A stretch of 64,000 nucleotides of DNA from Octopus vulgaris (GCA_951406725.2 OX597819.1:33294001-33358000), one strand, 5' to 3'. Positions 1-14,690 are shown, numbered from the stretch's first letter. Translations and numbers: made by a program. The notes: generated by a model not told the origin, from the sequence alone.

Positions 1-274
1 TTCTTGTGGATCAGAGGCTGAAGTGTGTTGGTGAATGACTTCATTCTAATCAATCTATCTGTGCTATTTGGCGGTATGCAGTCGCGAATATTTATGTATA
101 ACAGCAACAACAGATGCATGAGCAGTACTGTCTCACTAGATTTTTATAGAAATTTAGTTAATGGAGGCAGTGACGTAACTAAGAGCGTGCTGCTCGGGGT
201 TGAGCTTTGATATTGCCGCTTCTCACACATATAACTTCATGCAGTAGACCCAAAAGTTAGACAGAGTAAAGTTA

Positions 275-512
275 CCTTCTCGAGTCATGCTGACTCATAA
301 AGATCGGTTTCCCGTTTCAAGATGTATATATTCCGCACCTGGACGGGACACCGGCCCGTCGCAGGATTATTCATTTTTGTCAGCTGAGTGGACTGGAGCA
401 ACATGAAATGAAATGTTTTGATCAAGAGCACAACGCGTCGCCCGGTCCAGGAATAGACACCAGTATTACGATCACGAGTCTACAACCCAACCACTAAGCC
501 ACGCGCCTCCAC
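275..512 (-). mobile_element. tRNA-derived SINE (family D; V/Meta-SINE-like core), diverged
   Basis: Minus strand begins GTGGAGGCGCGTGGCTTAGTGG (A box) and contains CCTGCGACGGGCCGGTGTCCCGTCCAGG. A second copy lies at 43210-43420 and fragments near 19840-19925 and 46300-46360. Confidence 0.75.
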
Positions 513-1477
513 AACCGAAAAGTTACACCCTCATGAAAGCGTTGCCCATGTCGGACCCCCCTTTCTCCAACTACCTCACTGGATGGTGGCTAAAATAGTT
601 TCTAGCTTTTGACAGGAATGTTAGTCTTTGGAGGCTGCGTATGTGCAGTGTTTTATAATTGTGAGACTGCTAGGAAGGGCAATGATTTGTGAGGTTTAAC
701 ATTTGAATGATTTTATGGATTTTCAATGATTAAGAAAAGGTGGAGTGCATAAGTACATATGTCCTAGATATGTGAATGTAATTGTGTCCTTGTGCAACTA
801 AAAGACATAAGTTTGATATGATCCCATTGTAGAGTGTGTTTTTTTTAAAGCTTTCTGTTCATGCATGATTGAATTCTCGACCATTAATGAAATGCGGCGG
901 TTTTGTTTTGTGCGTTATTGCCAATGAAGATACACTTCTCAGGAATCAAGTTGCAAAGAAAAGATGCCTTCATTACTATTATAGAAGCAACACCTTTCCT
1001 TTCTTGGTAAGAGTAGATTGAAGGTTCGCAAGACTATCAAAAGGACAACGTAGAAAAAAGTAAATGGAAAGAGAAAGAGAGAGATGGGAACTAAGAAATA
1101 ATATTTGATCAGAGAGTAGAGAAGTAAGAAATAGAGGGGAGACATGTAAATAGAGAGGAAAGAGAGATGGATAATAGAGAGAGGAAAAGAGGGGACAGAA
1201 AAGAGATAGAGAAAACGAGAGAGAGCAAGAGTTAGAAGTGGTATCCTTAAAGAAGCCAAGTTTAGATTGCGGCCTCAGGGTTTGAATCGAGGCAGAACTT
1301 CAATCAATCAATTTTATCAACACGCAACCAAAAATGAAAAGAAAAGGAAAAACTGCGTGAATTGCCTGGAGTTTAGTGGCCAAATTAATGCAATAGTGGA
1401 AAAAGAGAAACTGAGAAACTGGTTTAACGTGAGAGAGTGAGGGGATGGAATAGAGAGTATGTGAGATGGAGATAGAG

Positions 1478-1480
1478 TGA

Positions 1481-1536
<56 letters not shown>

Positions 1537-1540
1537 AGGA

Positions 1541-1600
<60 letters not shown>

Positions 1601-1616
1601 AGGAAAGAAAGAAAGA
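1478..1616. repeat. (GAAA)n microsatellite
   Basis: Directly visible; it explains the spurious F/L/S ORFs at 1300-1783. Confidence 0.98.
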
Positions 1617-2027
1617 ATGAAACAAACAAACAAGCAAACAAAGGAAGAAGAGAGACTGCTTGAAAATTTTTCGCTATTTCTAGTTGTACATTTGTGTATT
1701 TGATGTTCCCAGAGGTTGATAGTGCAAACAACATTTCTACTTCCGTTTCTCTCGCAACCTGCGCAACCAATCACATTAAACACAGATGGCGCAGAAAAAA
1801 AAAAATTGTTTATACTTTTCTTTCTATCATATTTTTTCTTTTTTTTTTTATTTAATTAACGAATCAGCCACAAATTCACTATCAACCATGCAGTTTACCT
1901 GACTATAAAATAAGCATAATGATGTGGTATACCTGTGAAATATACAGTATTTTGTTCAAATATTTCTTGAAATTTGGAGATGGAGGGTCTCTGTCTGACT
2001 CTAGCCCAAGCTATGTAACACTAAAAT

Positions 2028-2818
2028 GAGTTACGCTGTGTAACACGATTTTTGTCCTTGGATAACAACTGTTATTTCCTATTTGCTTACCCCTGGGAAG
2101 TATAAAAAATGGCTAATATTTCCTTCAAACTTTGATTTTGTTACATTCATTCAAACCCAAAGAATCCTTCTCAACACATGGCTATGATGCTCCCCTGCTA
2201 CTCCTGCTCATGATCAGAAATGCACATATTGTTAACCACTAAGGGACATGTTCAAGTCATTATTATTATTATTATTATTGAGTGAGAGAGCAGTGCATGC
2301 CATCAAAGTGACACTGGGGTAAAATATACGAAGCCCAATATACCCATCATGACTACCCGTCTGATAAAGGTACACCAGGCACATGCATCACAACCATATG
2401 TGCGCGACATGGTGATCTCATATCAAGATAAACAGCACATGACCTTGCAGGTGGGGCCCAGTTAGAATTTGCTTCAGGTTGAGTAGCCCATCTTGCTCAA
2501 AAGGTCCCTGAATAAGGGTTGTTTAAGGATGTTGAAAGAACCACCCATGTTTCCAGAGGTGAATTATTCAAACCCCAAAGAATCCCTCTCAACACATGGC
2601 TATGATGCTCTCCCCACTACTTCTGCTCGTGATCAGAGATGCACATATCGTCAGCCACTAAGGGACATGCTCAACTGGTTAAGGTCAAACAACTGACAAG
2701 CAAATCTGTGGTATTGAGCAGAATATTTGCTGTAGCCCATCTTTTATACCAAGACAAAACAATGTACATGATAATACTTCCAATCAGTTAAGATCAGAAG
2801 CCATGAGAGCCACTGCCT

Positions 2819-2886
<68 letters not shown>

Positions 2887-3552
2887 GAGTGAGAGAGCAG
2901 TGCGTGCCATCAAAGTGACACTGGGGTAAAATATACGAAGCTCAGTATACCCATCATGACTACCCGTCTGATAAGGGTACACCAGGCACATGCATCACAA
3001 CCATATGTGCGTGACATGGTGCCAATCTCATATCAAGATAAACAGCACATGACCTTGCAGGTGGGGCCCAGTTAGAATTTTCTTCTGGTCGAGTAGCCCA
3101 TCCCGCTCAAAAGGTCCCTGAATAAGGGTTGTTTAAGGATGTTGAACGAACCACCCTTGTTTCCAAAGGTGAATTATCCAAACCTCTAAGAATTCCCTTC
3201 AACACATGGCTATGATGCTCCCCCACTACTTCTGCTCATGATCAGAAATGCACATGTTATCAGGCACCAAGGGACATGCTCAACTGATTAAGGTCAAGCA
3301 ACTGACAAGCAAATCTGTGGTATTGAGTAGAATAGTTGCCATAAAGATATTTCTGCATCAGTAACTCAGCGCTGAATCTGTCTGAAATATTTTGGAAAAT
3401 AGGTCAGTTTGAAAACATTGATGAGCAGGTCACAAAAGCAAAGTTTGAAGGGAATAGTAGTCATTTCCTTCGATTTCTAGCTTGAAGCAAATAGGAAATA
3501 ATACTTACTGATCAAAGACAAAAAATCAAAACTTTGTTGCAGTGTTATAACT
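2028..3552. mobile_element. Old MITE/DNA transposon remnant with diverged ~120-bp terminal inverted repeats, hosting later insertions
   Basis: 2028-2146 (..TTATTTCCTATTTGCTT..TTCCTTCAAACTTTG..) is a diverged reverse complement of 3428-3552 (..CAAAGTTTGAAGGGAA..AAGCAAATAGGAAATAA..). Confidence 0.55.
2150..3340 (-). mobile_element. Stacked copies of a non-coding retroelement (LINE 3' UTR or SINE) with (AAT)n tails
   Basis: Near-identical units at 2259-2819 and 2820-3340 plus a partial at 2150-2255. The two long units begin on the plus strand with (ATT)n followed by GAGTGAGAGAGCAGTG. Confidence 0.75.
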
Positions 3553-3889
3553 GATGCCTCATGACCCAATGGTTTGTGGAACTTAACAGACTTGATTCGT
3601 AATTGTTTGATATAAATGACCCTTCAAAATATGAAAATATATCCTTTTTCCTGTTAGGCCTTAAAACTGCGAACATTGACCTTTATTTTACTTTTTCTGT
3701 TCCTTCATATTGGCGTGTGAAGACCTTTATTTATCTATTAATATTTTCTAATATTCATTTCAAAAAATGTTATTACATATTGGTTTCATACTTATTTACA
3801 AAGTCATATTATTCATATAATAGAAAGCCCAGGATTGCGTCAGGTTCATATAATTTTCCTAAATTATCAATAATGTCAACAAAGAAAGT

Positions 3890-3892
<3 letters not shown>

Positions 3893-3953
<61 letters not shown>

Positions 3954-3997
3954 ATGTCAATAGATAGAAAGATATATATATATATATATATATATAT

Positions 3998-4054
<57 letters not shown>

Positions 4055-4097
4055 TAGATAGATAGATAGATATAGGTAGGTAGGTAGGTAGGTATAT

Positions 4098-4168
<71 letters not shown>

Positions 4169-4235
4169 TAGATATATAGATATATAGATATAGATAGACA
4201 TAGATATAGATATATAGATATATAGATGTATAGAT
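3893..4235. repeat. Compound (AT)n/(GATA)n microsatellite
   Basis: Directly visible. Confidence 0.97.
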
Positions 4236-4606
4236 TGAAACTTATTATTTTCACTATTTACATGAAATGTGGATCCATTATAAATTATCACCGATATATT
4301 AATATTCTGTCTCTTAAGATTGAAATTTATCAATTAACCAGAAAATCAAACCTCAAAACTGGATGCTGTTGGCAAAATATTCTTAATTAATTAAAATATC
4401 GCTACTATCAGGGATAGTTAACTAATCATTTTTACATACAGCAGATAGTTAATTAGCATTTACCTTAATTATACAACTTCGAGATGCCTTTAAAGTAATT
4501 TCCCTTGGCTCTATTTTCAATTATGCAAATTATTCTCACCAAAAATATGCGTATCTTCTTTCTAAGTTAAACTTTCTCCATTGATCTGCAGATGTGAGCA
4601 GATTGT

Positions 4607-4647
4607 ACAATGCTGATGAGGTCAAGTAGCCCGAAACATGTCCGTGG
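4607..4647 (+). ncRNA. Degenerate minimal type I hammerhead ribozyme motif
   Basis: ACAATG-CTGATGA-GGTCAAGTAGCCC-GAAACATGTC-CGTGGT. The catalytic boxes are intact and stem III is a palindromic ACATGT, but stems I and II carry mismatches. Confidence 0.5.
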
Positions 4648-5904
4648 TTGTTCTTTGCCAGCTAACAAAAATCGTGCTATTATTTTTCTAAGCATATAAA
4701 GTGACTTGAGATGAGAATCATTAACAATTGATGCCTGGTTTCTGTTTCGTCTTTCTTCGTTTTCTTCCCCAACTAAAAAGGAAGTTTCAGCTTATCATGA
4801 AACTGTTTGTATGTATTATAATCATGATGGGGGGAAAATTGTCTAGGGGAGTGGAGAGTTATAGATTTACAAACTAAAGCTAATTCAGTCTAGTCAAGAT
4901 AGAAGGGTGACAACTTGGAAATGTTAATTGTATATGAGCAAAACAAGCGCAGAATGTGGAAAATTCACTTACAAATAAAACCAGTGGCACTTTTCATCGT
5001 CAATAGAGTGTGATCGACCATTGAATTTAATCGACCGTTCTCCTTGTGCATTACGGAGACAAGGCCTATCTCATAATAAAATGTCCTTTATTTCTTCTAT
5101 TTTACTTATTATATATGGTTATAAATTGATGCTGTCAAACTTGGCTATTAAGATTCTCGTTAGTAACCTCCACGATATACTGGCAATAATATTTGGTGAA
5201 ATTTTTATGTAAATAAATTCGCTGTTGAAGACTGGAAATTTGAAGGTAAAATTTTCTATATTATTTCTTAAAATTTTTTCGAGATGTAAATATGAGATAT
5301 GAACGATCTTACTTCATAAATTCTTATGTAACAATATTTTCTTGAGGCGTCTTGTAGATTAACATAGAAAATAATTTTTTAAATATTGCTATTTATTTTT
5401 TCAAATGTTTTACTAAGATGGAAATGGGAAACCTTGCATTAGAAATTATTTTGATAAAAGGCATGAGTTTTAGGATTCAGCTTGAAACAAATTTAAAAGT
5501 AATTGCATTAGGATATTTTGTCCTTCAGTGATTTTAGTTCGTATCACACACAGGCTATTCCTGATTTCCATTTTTTCTTTCGAGTTTCATAAAATAAGTT
5601 CGAGTTATGCACCAATACTGATTCTCTCAAAACGCATGACCACTTTTTATTTTAGAAATCATGCTTCCTCTTCTTCTTCTTCTTCTTCTTCTTCTTCTTC
5701 TTCTTCTGCTTCTTCTTCTTCTTCTTCTTTTTCTTCTTCTTCTTCTTCTTCTTCCTCCTCCTCCTCCTCCTCCTCCACCGACTTTTGACTTGTCTTTCAT
5801 CTTTTCGGAGTTGATAAAATAAGTACCAGTCAAGTCGACGGATCGACAAAGTCGATCAAACCTTTACACCACTAAAAATGCTTGGCCTTGGAACCAAAAT
5901 TAAT

Positions 5905-6040
5905 CTTTTATTTGTTTCAGTCATTTGACTGCGACCATGCTGGAGCACCGCCTTTAGTCGAAGGAATCGATTCCAGGACTTATTCTTTGTAAGCCTATTA
6001 CTTATCCTATCGGATTCTTTATGCCGAACTGGTTAGTTAC
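5905..6040 (-). mobile_element. 3' part of SINE family C
   Basis: TTTCAGTCATTTGACTGCGACCATGCTGGAGCACCGCC matches the family C 3' end. Confidence 0.85.
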
Positions 6041-6211
6041 AGTCTCTAACGCTCTCCGTAGAGGTAAGACAGAATTTTCCTATATTCATCACCCGGAAAC
6101 CTCTCTGCCTGTAAACATTCAGTGAAGTTCTACATAGCCCGGATAACTTATCGGCTGTTATTTCAAGCAATGATCTACTTCATGTACATCTGATTTATAG
6201 ATTTATATATT

Positions 6212-6286
<75 letters not shown>

Positions 6287-6867
6287 CATATAATATAAAT
6301 AATATATAATATAAACAATATATAAATATATGCATACACATATATACATGCAAATATGTACATACCTACATATATATGATATATATGTATATATACATGC
6401 ATATATGGTACGGGACCTAAAAAAAACGTTGAACACAATGAGAAACGAAAACATAAAAATAAAAACATAGAAAACGAACTTTTTTTCGAACAACGAAAAA
6501 AACAGAGAAACGTGACATGTAACATAAAGAATATTCCCCTTCATCAGTTGTCCCTGTTTCATATACTCCGCGTTCCGAGGGTAAGGATAATACGCGACTT
6601 CGTTGAAACAGTCCTTCCCGCAAAGGAAAATTGAATAAAATTTGGGAATTTTGCGGAGGGCGAAAGTGGTAGCAAGAACAAGAGATTGAGAACAAGACAG
6701 TAAAAACAGACGGTGAGGGTTGTTGAGCCAAGACGACAGAAAAATTATTATGAATGCTAGGAGGATGAGCTATGAGAGGAGACAGGTATAAGCACGTCTT
6801 GTCTTTCGTCACGTGTCAGCGATGAGAGAGTCAAGGAGGAAGAGATTGAGAGAGGGAACGGGGAAGA

Positions 6868-6920
<53 letters not shown>

Positions 6921-7053
6921 CATATATATGTATATCATATATACCTATATCTATATATATATCATATGTATATAGGATATATAAATATACATATATATGA
7001 TATACATATATATATGATATATGTATATCATATATATGCGATATATATTTATA

Positions 7054-9231
<2,178 letters not shown>

Positions 9232-9251
9232 TATATAAATTTATGTATGTA

Positions 9252-9318
<67 letters not shown>

Positions 9319-9430
9319 TTATTTATTTAAAATTAAGGATAAAATCTTTATAAGAAATTATCAGTAGTTAGCGTGAAAAACCTCGTAAGATAAAAAATCT
9401 GTAAATGTTTCCACTTTGAAAATATTTATT

Positions 9431-9765
9431 TATATTATATAGAGGGTACTATTATTCATAGGTACCGACACGCTAGGAGGGACCCTTGCAGTCAAAACTA
9501 CTAAAATAAACAAATTTTACCGAATGCAAAACTTCAAAGCAAGTCATTTAAAAACAGAATTTAGTTACATATCACCTGTGATTTCGCAATCAATGCAGAA
9601 TATGCATTCTATGCTCTTCAGTGCAACGAACTCAAGACATGTTTTTAAATGACTTGCTTTGAAGTTTTGCATTCGGTAAAATTTGTTTATTTTAGTAGTT
9701 TTGACTGCAAGGGTCCCTCCTAGCGTGTCGGTACCTATGAATAATAGTACCCTCTATATAATATA
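9431..9765. repeat. 126-bp inverted repeat (9431-9556 / 9640-9765) with 83-bp spacer; Penelope-like non-autonomous element
   Basis: By eye the arms are exact reverse complements (TATAGAGGGTACTATTATTCATAGG.. / ..CCTATGAATAATAGTACCCTCTATA), flanked by (AT)n. Confidence 0.9.
9564..9627 (-). ncRNA. Type I hammerhead ribozyme
   Basis: Minus strand reads GTTGCA-CTGAAGA-GCA..TGC-GAAA-TCAC-AG-GTGA-TA-TGTAAC. Stem I is GUUGCA/UGUAAC, stem III is UCAC/GUGA and the cleavage triplet is AUA. Confidence 0.75.
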
Positions 9766-10157
9766 TATATATATATATATTGTATATACTACCAAATCTT
9801 CCCATCTATGATGGAGGCATAAAATGAGAGAGGGAAGTCATAACAGAAGTATGTATTGAGGAATGTGTAAATAGTCTTCATAGATTACTGCCTGATGTCT
9901 TAGGAAAATCACATTATTATTAGTGATACAGCATTTTGTTGCAGCTATATGACATGTGTTTGCGTCTAAGTGACATGAGATGACGATTCACTCCCGAACC
10001 GAAATTGGCTCCCACCCTCTGTATCATGGATGGTTATGTGGACCACTACTAATGAAAGCCGGTGCTTCTCGCGACCACTACATAAAAAATATTAAGAAAA
10101 GTATGTCATTAAGATATGCTTTTATTTTAGCTGTGTACACTATTTTACGCTTGATTA

Positions 10158-10447
10158 TGGAAGCACTCCGTCGGTTACGACAATGAGGGTTCCGGTTGAT
10201 CCGAATCAACGGAACAGCCTGCTCGTGAAATTAACGTATAAGTGGCTGAACACTCCACAGACACGTGCACCCTTAACGTAGTTCTCAGGGATATTCAGCG
10301 TGACACAGAGAGTGACAAGGCCGGCCCTTTGAAATACAGGTACAACAGAAACAGGAAGTAAGAGTGAGAGAAAGTTGTGGTGAAAGAGTACAGCAGGGAT
10401 CACCACCATCCCCTGCCGGAGCCTCGTGGAGCTTTAGGTGTTTTCGC
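10158..10447 (-). mobile_element. SINE family A (tail type 1), 5'-truncated
   Basis: Reverse complement of the body and tail of 28460-28847. Confidence 0.9.
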
Positions 10448-10592
10448 TGCTTGTTTATACTCTTATACATTCAAAGTTCATAAATTACCTTATTTAAATT
10501 ATGGATCATGTTCCTTTCGGTAATATCAATATGATTGCAAAACTTCGTTGTTGACGATATTTTCTGTTTAGTCGACACTAATTTTCAAATTA

Positions 10593-11491
10593 CTGGAGCC
10601 CGTTGCTCAACTCATAGCAACGTATAACTGGCCGTGTATAAACATCGGAGTGGGTAAAATTACACTTATAAGAGCCTAAAATCCGGCCCTATGCCTTGTT
10701 TGCTGTGAATGCGCCAGCGGAATCTTAAGGATTGCAAAAGATCCAACTGACTCTTACCTCTCACTATTTTATGCGAATAATGTCTGGATGTTCGGGTACC
10801 ATGGGTTATTTTGATTTGACAAAAATAAGATGTAAACAACAACCGCTTCGATCAGCCGTTTCGAATCCTGCTCGAGACAAACAAACTTCAAATACCTCTT
10901 TCTTTACTACCCACAAGGGGCTACACATAGAGGAGACAAACAAGGACAGACAAACTGATTAAGTCGATTACATCGACCCCAGTGCATAACTGGTACTTAT
11001 TTAATCGACCCCGAAAGGATGAAAAGCAAAGTCGACCTCGGTGGAAGTTGAACTAAGAACGTAGCAGCAGACGAAATACCGCTTAGCATTTCGCCCGGCC
11101 TGCTAACGTTTCTGCCAGTTCGCCGCTTTACAAACTTCAAACACCACTAAATGATCACTCGCACGTTTTCCATTTAATTTTCGCTATTAACCATCTTCGC
11201 GATCAACTTCGCATCTATGATGGAGCCACGAACTATACGATGAAAATCAAGAGTTACGCATGTTCGATGAATTTTTAATAAAAATGCGAAGGTGGCTTAT
11301 CAATTCAAAAATCGATACCCACGAAATAATCATACTGTTTTTTTTAAATGCTAAAAACCTTCTTGGCGGCCGTCTTTGTAATCTCGAAAAATCTCATAAC
11401 GATTAGTCCAGCTGTCTGGCCGTGAAGAGGGAACAGACAAAGAGATGGACAGACGGACAGCCAGACGGACATAACGCCCATTATAGTAAGA
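10593..11491 (-). mobile_element. Possible non-autonomous Helitron
   Basis: Plus-strand ACTGG (a degenerate ACTAG) is followed by the hairpin CGTTGCT/AGCAACG (10601-10622). The other end is ..GACAGACGGACAG..TTATAGTAAGA|T, like the other Helitron ends here. Confidence 0.45.
10893..11129 (-). mobile_element. SINE family B with 12-bp TSD ACAAACTTCAAA
   Basis: Reverse complement of 27868-28100; TSD at 10881-10892 and 11130-11141. Confidence 0.9.
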
Positions 11492-11712
11492 TAGCAAATA
11501 AAGGGAAAATATCGCAAATCTAAACCCTCTAAATTCACAAGCTATACGGATGTGGGGGTGTTCCAGAGTTAATCCTTGTCGCCAGAATTTTATCAAAAAA
11601 AAAAAAAACCCAAAGGTAATTTATTAATACAAAACTCAATATCCACTAAATATTCATACTTCACATTTTTTCGCTAAAATCCTTCCTGATTACCTCCTTC
11701 GTAATCTCTTTT

Positions 11713-11799
<87 letters not shown>

Positions 11800-11817
11800 A
11801 TATACATACACACACAT

Positions 11818-11851
<34 letters not shown>

Positions 11852-11883
11852 TTATTTATTTATATATACATATACATATACAT

Positions 11884-11927
<44 letters not shown>

Positions 11928-11979
11928 GGTCAGGCGGTCAGTCTGTTGCCAGCATCGACTGAGTGGCGCATTAGGTATA

Positions 11980-13271
11980 CGAGGGGCGTTCAATAAGTAA
12001 TGCCTCTGACCCACTTCCCATAGCAGTAGAGCAACGAAACTTGGCACAGTTATTAGTCTTTTTCAGCATAGGAACAACCCAGAGTTACGCATTTCTCCCA
12101 TCGTTTGATGCAGCTCTGGAGACCGTTTTCGTAGAAGACCCCAGCTTGGTCCTCCAGCCACCACGTGACTTCAGAAATCAAGGCTGCATCATCTGGGAAA
12201 CGCTTTCCTTTCAAAAACAACTTCATGGCTGGGAAGAGGTGAAAATCAGAGGGTGCAAGGTATGGAGAGTCGGGGGATGGGGGAAGAGTTCATAGCCGCA
12301 CGCCTGTGCTTCTGATCTGTCGACACGCAAGTTGTGGACCGGAGCGTTGTCCTGCAGGAGGAGGATGCCTTTGCTGATCTTGCCCCGCCTCTTGATTTTG
12401 ATAGCTTCTCTTAATTTCCTCAAAAGTGAAGCATGATAGGCTCCTGTAATTGTGGTACCCTTTGCCAGGAAATCTGTCATCACTACTCCGTCCTGGTCCC
12501 AGAAGACTGTGAGCATGACCTTGCCAGCGGAGGGCTGCACCCTTGCCTTCTTTGGAGGAGGTGAGTCATGGTGCTTCCACTGCATTGACTGGGATTTGGT
12601 CTCTGGATCATAGTAATGGACCCAGGTTTCATCCTGTGTAATCAGTCTTTTGAAAAATGTTGACACATCTTCTTGGCACATCCCTAAATTCATCCTCGAG
12701 CACTCGGCGCGTTCTTGCTTCTGGAAAAGTGTGAGCAACCTGGGAATCCATCTGGCAGACACCTTTTGCATATGCAAATGGTCATGAATGATAGTTTCCA
12801 CAGACCCGGTACTAATCTTGACTTCATGGGCTATTTGGCGAATAGTTATGTGTCGATCTTCCAAAATGGCAGCCTCAACTTGACGGATAGATGCCTCATC
12901 AATGGCAGAAGGGGTGCGACCAGGTCTGGGAGCTGTTTCCACAGAGTTCTGACCATGTTTGAATTCACGATGCCAGCGTTTTACAAGGTCGTATGATGGG
13001 GCATCATCACCACAAGTTACTTTCATTTCATCAAAAGTCTCCTGTGGTGTGCGTCATTTCAAATACAAAAACCGGATCACTGATCGACACTCAACAGGCT
13101 CTATTTCCCACTTGACTCATTTCAAACACATGTAAATCAGAAACCACAATTAGTTCGGAGCTGTAATTTGCCACTTAATCTATAGAGATATAAATAATTG
13201 CACATGCACAATTTCAGCTAGATCAAACAACGGCAAGTGGGTCAGAGGCATTACTTATTGAACGCCCCTCG
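11980..13271 (-). mobile_element. Full-length mariner (DD34D) transposon, 1292 bp
   Basis: Perfect 37-bp TIRs CGAGGGGCGTTCAATAAGTAATGCCTCTGACCCACTT (11980-12016 / 13235-13271) with TA on both flanks. Confidence 0.97.
12053..13104 (-). pseudogene. Mariner transposase pseudogene
   Basis: Motifs WIPRLL, ITQDETW, LLQDNAPVH and, after a frameshift near 12275, LAPSDFHLFP..RWEKCV. There is an in-frame TGA near 13055 and the start codon appears decayed. Confidence 0.95.
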
Positions 13272-14307
13272 TACCGTGGATCCTAATGCGCAGACACGCG
13301 CTTAGGTTACGCCACCGGCAACGATTTCTGCCGTCAGGTGCTCACAATCCTCTACCAGTCGGGCAATGGGATCGGTGGACTTCTGCTTTAGAAATTTATA
13401 GAGAATTAATGGCGGCAAAGTGTGACGACATTCTCGGAGAGACTCTGAGCACCGAGGAAAACGAACTGGCTAGTCTGTTCCGGAGAACTTTCCGGTCGGG
13501 AAACTATCATGGATAATTTCCAGATGTCCTTGACCTAGCAGTGCTACCGGGGGCGCTACCGGTTCGAGATAGACTCTACAGGCACGGATGTGCTCTCAGA
13601 CGGATTTGTCCGAGGTGCGCAGAGTGAGGAAACCGTCTGCACACCCTGTTTCAGTGTCTGGGCATTGCTGACTTGTCGAACAGATGCTGTCACGTGTGGG
13701 ACGGATCCGTCTGTGGGCCGAGTCTGTAGTGATGATCGAACTGCCGCCCTCCTTCAATCGGGCAAGCAGGGTAGTTTTTCTTTGCCTGGTGGCTGTGGCG
13801 AAAGAGGTTGTTTGGTGGACAAGGCAGAAAGGCATGAGGACAGATACATTCCTCTTTGGCAGATCTCTCATTGACTTCTTCAAGTTTCACTTGAAAGGGA
13901 AATTGAGAGTGGAGAATGAAGCGCTATACTCGAGTGAGTTTATTGAAAGGTGAGTGAAAGTTGCAAAAATGGCAAGAGTGGATGTTACCTCTATAGGTGT
14001 AGACCTGTGAGTCAGAAAGAAGAAATTGGAGAGTGCACTTGCTCCTAGGGTTTCAGGGAGCTATCGGACAGTGGAGTTCCTCGAATTTCCCTAGAGACGT
14101 TCCTGTATCAGGAGGGCCACATCTCTTTCATCCTCCCTCTTTTTTTTTTTTTTACATTTCTATGCTATGCAAATGCCCCTTCTTTCCTAACATATATTAT
14201 CTATACTTATTTTTTATCATTTTATTATTATACGTAATCCGCTCACTCTTAATATCTGTCTCTGTATTCTCCCGCTCATCCTTCGCCCTGGTGGCAAATA
14301 AATGAAG

Positions 14308-14369
<62 letters not shown>

Positions 14370-14373
<4 letters not shown>

Positions 14374-14472
14374 TCACTGCCTGGAATCGAACTCGGAATC
14401 TTGGTGCTATTTACCCGCGCTCTTAACTACTACCCCATATGCCCGTGACCTGAATATGCCATAATACTGTGA

Positions 14473-14542
<70 letters not shown>

Positions 14543-14690
14543 CGAAAAATACCTTATGAATGAGAACCCAGGTTAGAAATTTCCCCAAGACACCTGATGA
14601 AGGCTGGAGGGTATATCAGCTGAAACGTTGTGTTAACAACAAACAAGATGAGGACAAATATCCATCAATTTTAAATAATGTAAATAATGT
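14370..14690. mobile_element. tRNA-headed SINE-like element with inverted head, internal (AAT)n and a hammerhead-bearing Penelope-like tail
   Basis: The minus-strand head (14378-14444) has A-box-like and GAGTTCGATTCC B-box motifs followed by GTGACCTGAATAAT. The same GTGACCTGAAT(AAT)n continues on the plus strand from 14469 into the ribozyme region. Confidence 0.65.
14589..14634 (+). ncRNA. Minimal (dimer-type) hammerhead ribozyme motif
   Basis: GACAC-CTGATGA-A-GGCTG..CAGCT-GAAACGTT-GTGTT. Stem I is GACAC/GTGTT and stem III is a palindromic ACGT. Confidence 0.6.

Larger units (their letters stand above)
11929..14305 (+). mobile_element. 5'-truncated Tx1/L1-clade LINE remnant (ORF2 C-terminus and 3' UTR), interrupted by a mariner
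   Basis: Broken frames at about 13500-13650 give ..GALPVRDRLYRHG..RICPRCA..EETV (ORF2 C-terminal zinc-knuckle region). It ends GGCAAATAAATG followed by (ATT)n. Confidence 0.7.

Noticed and set aside
6530-6600. Minus-strand CTGATGAAG suggesting another hammerhead
   Set aside because: No correctly placed GAAA or stem III could be folded. It may be a Penelope-like relic but is unsupported as a ribozyme.
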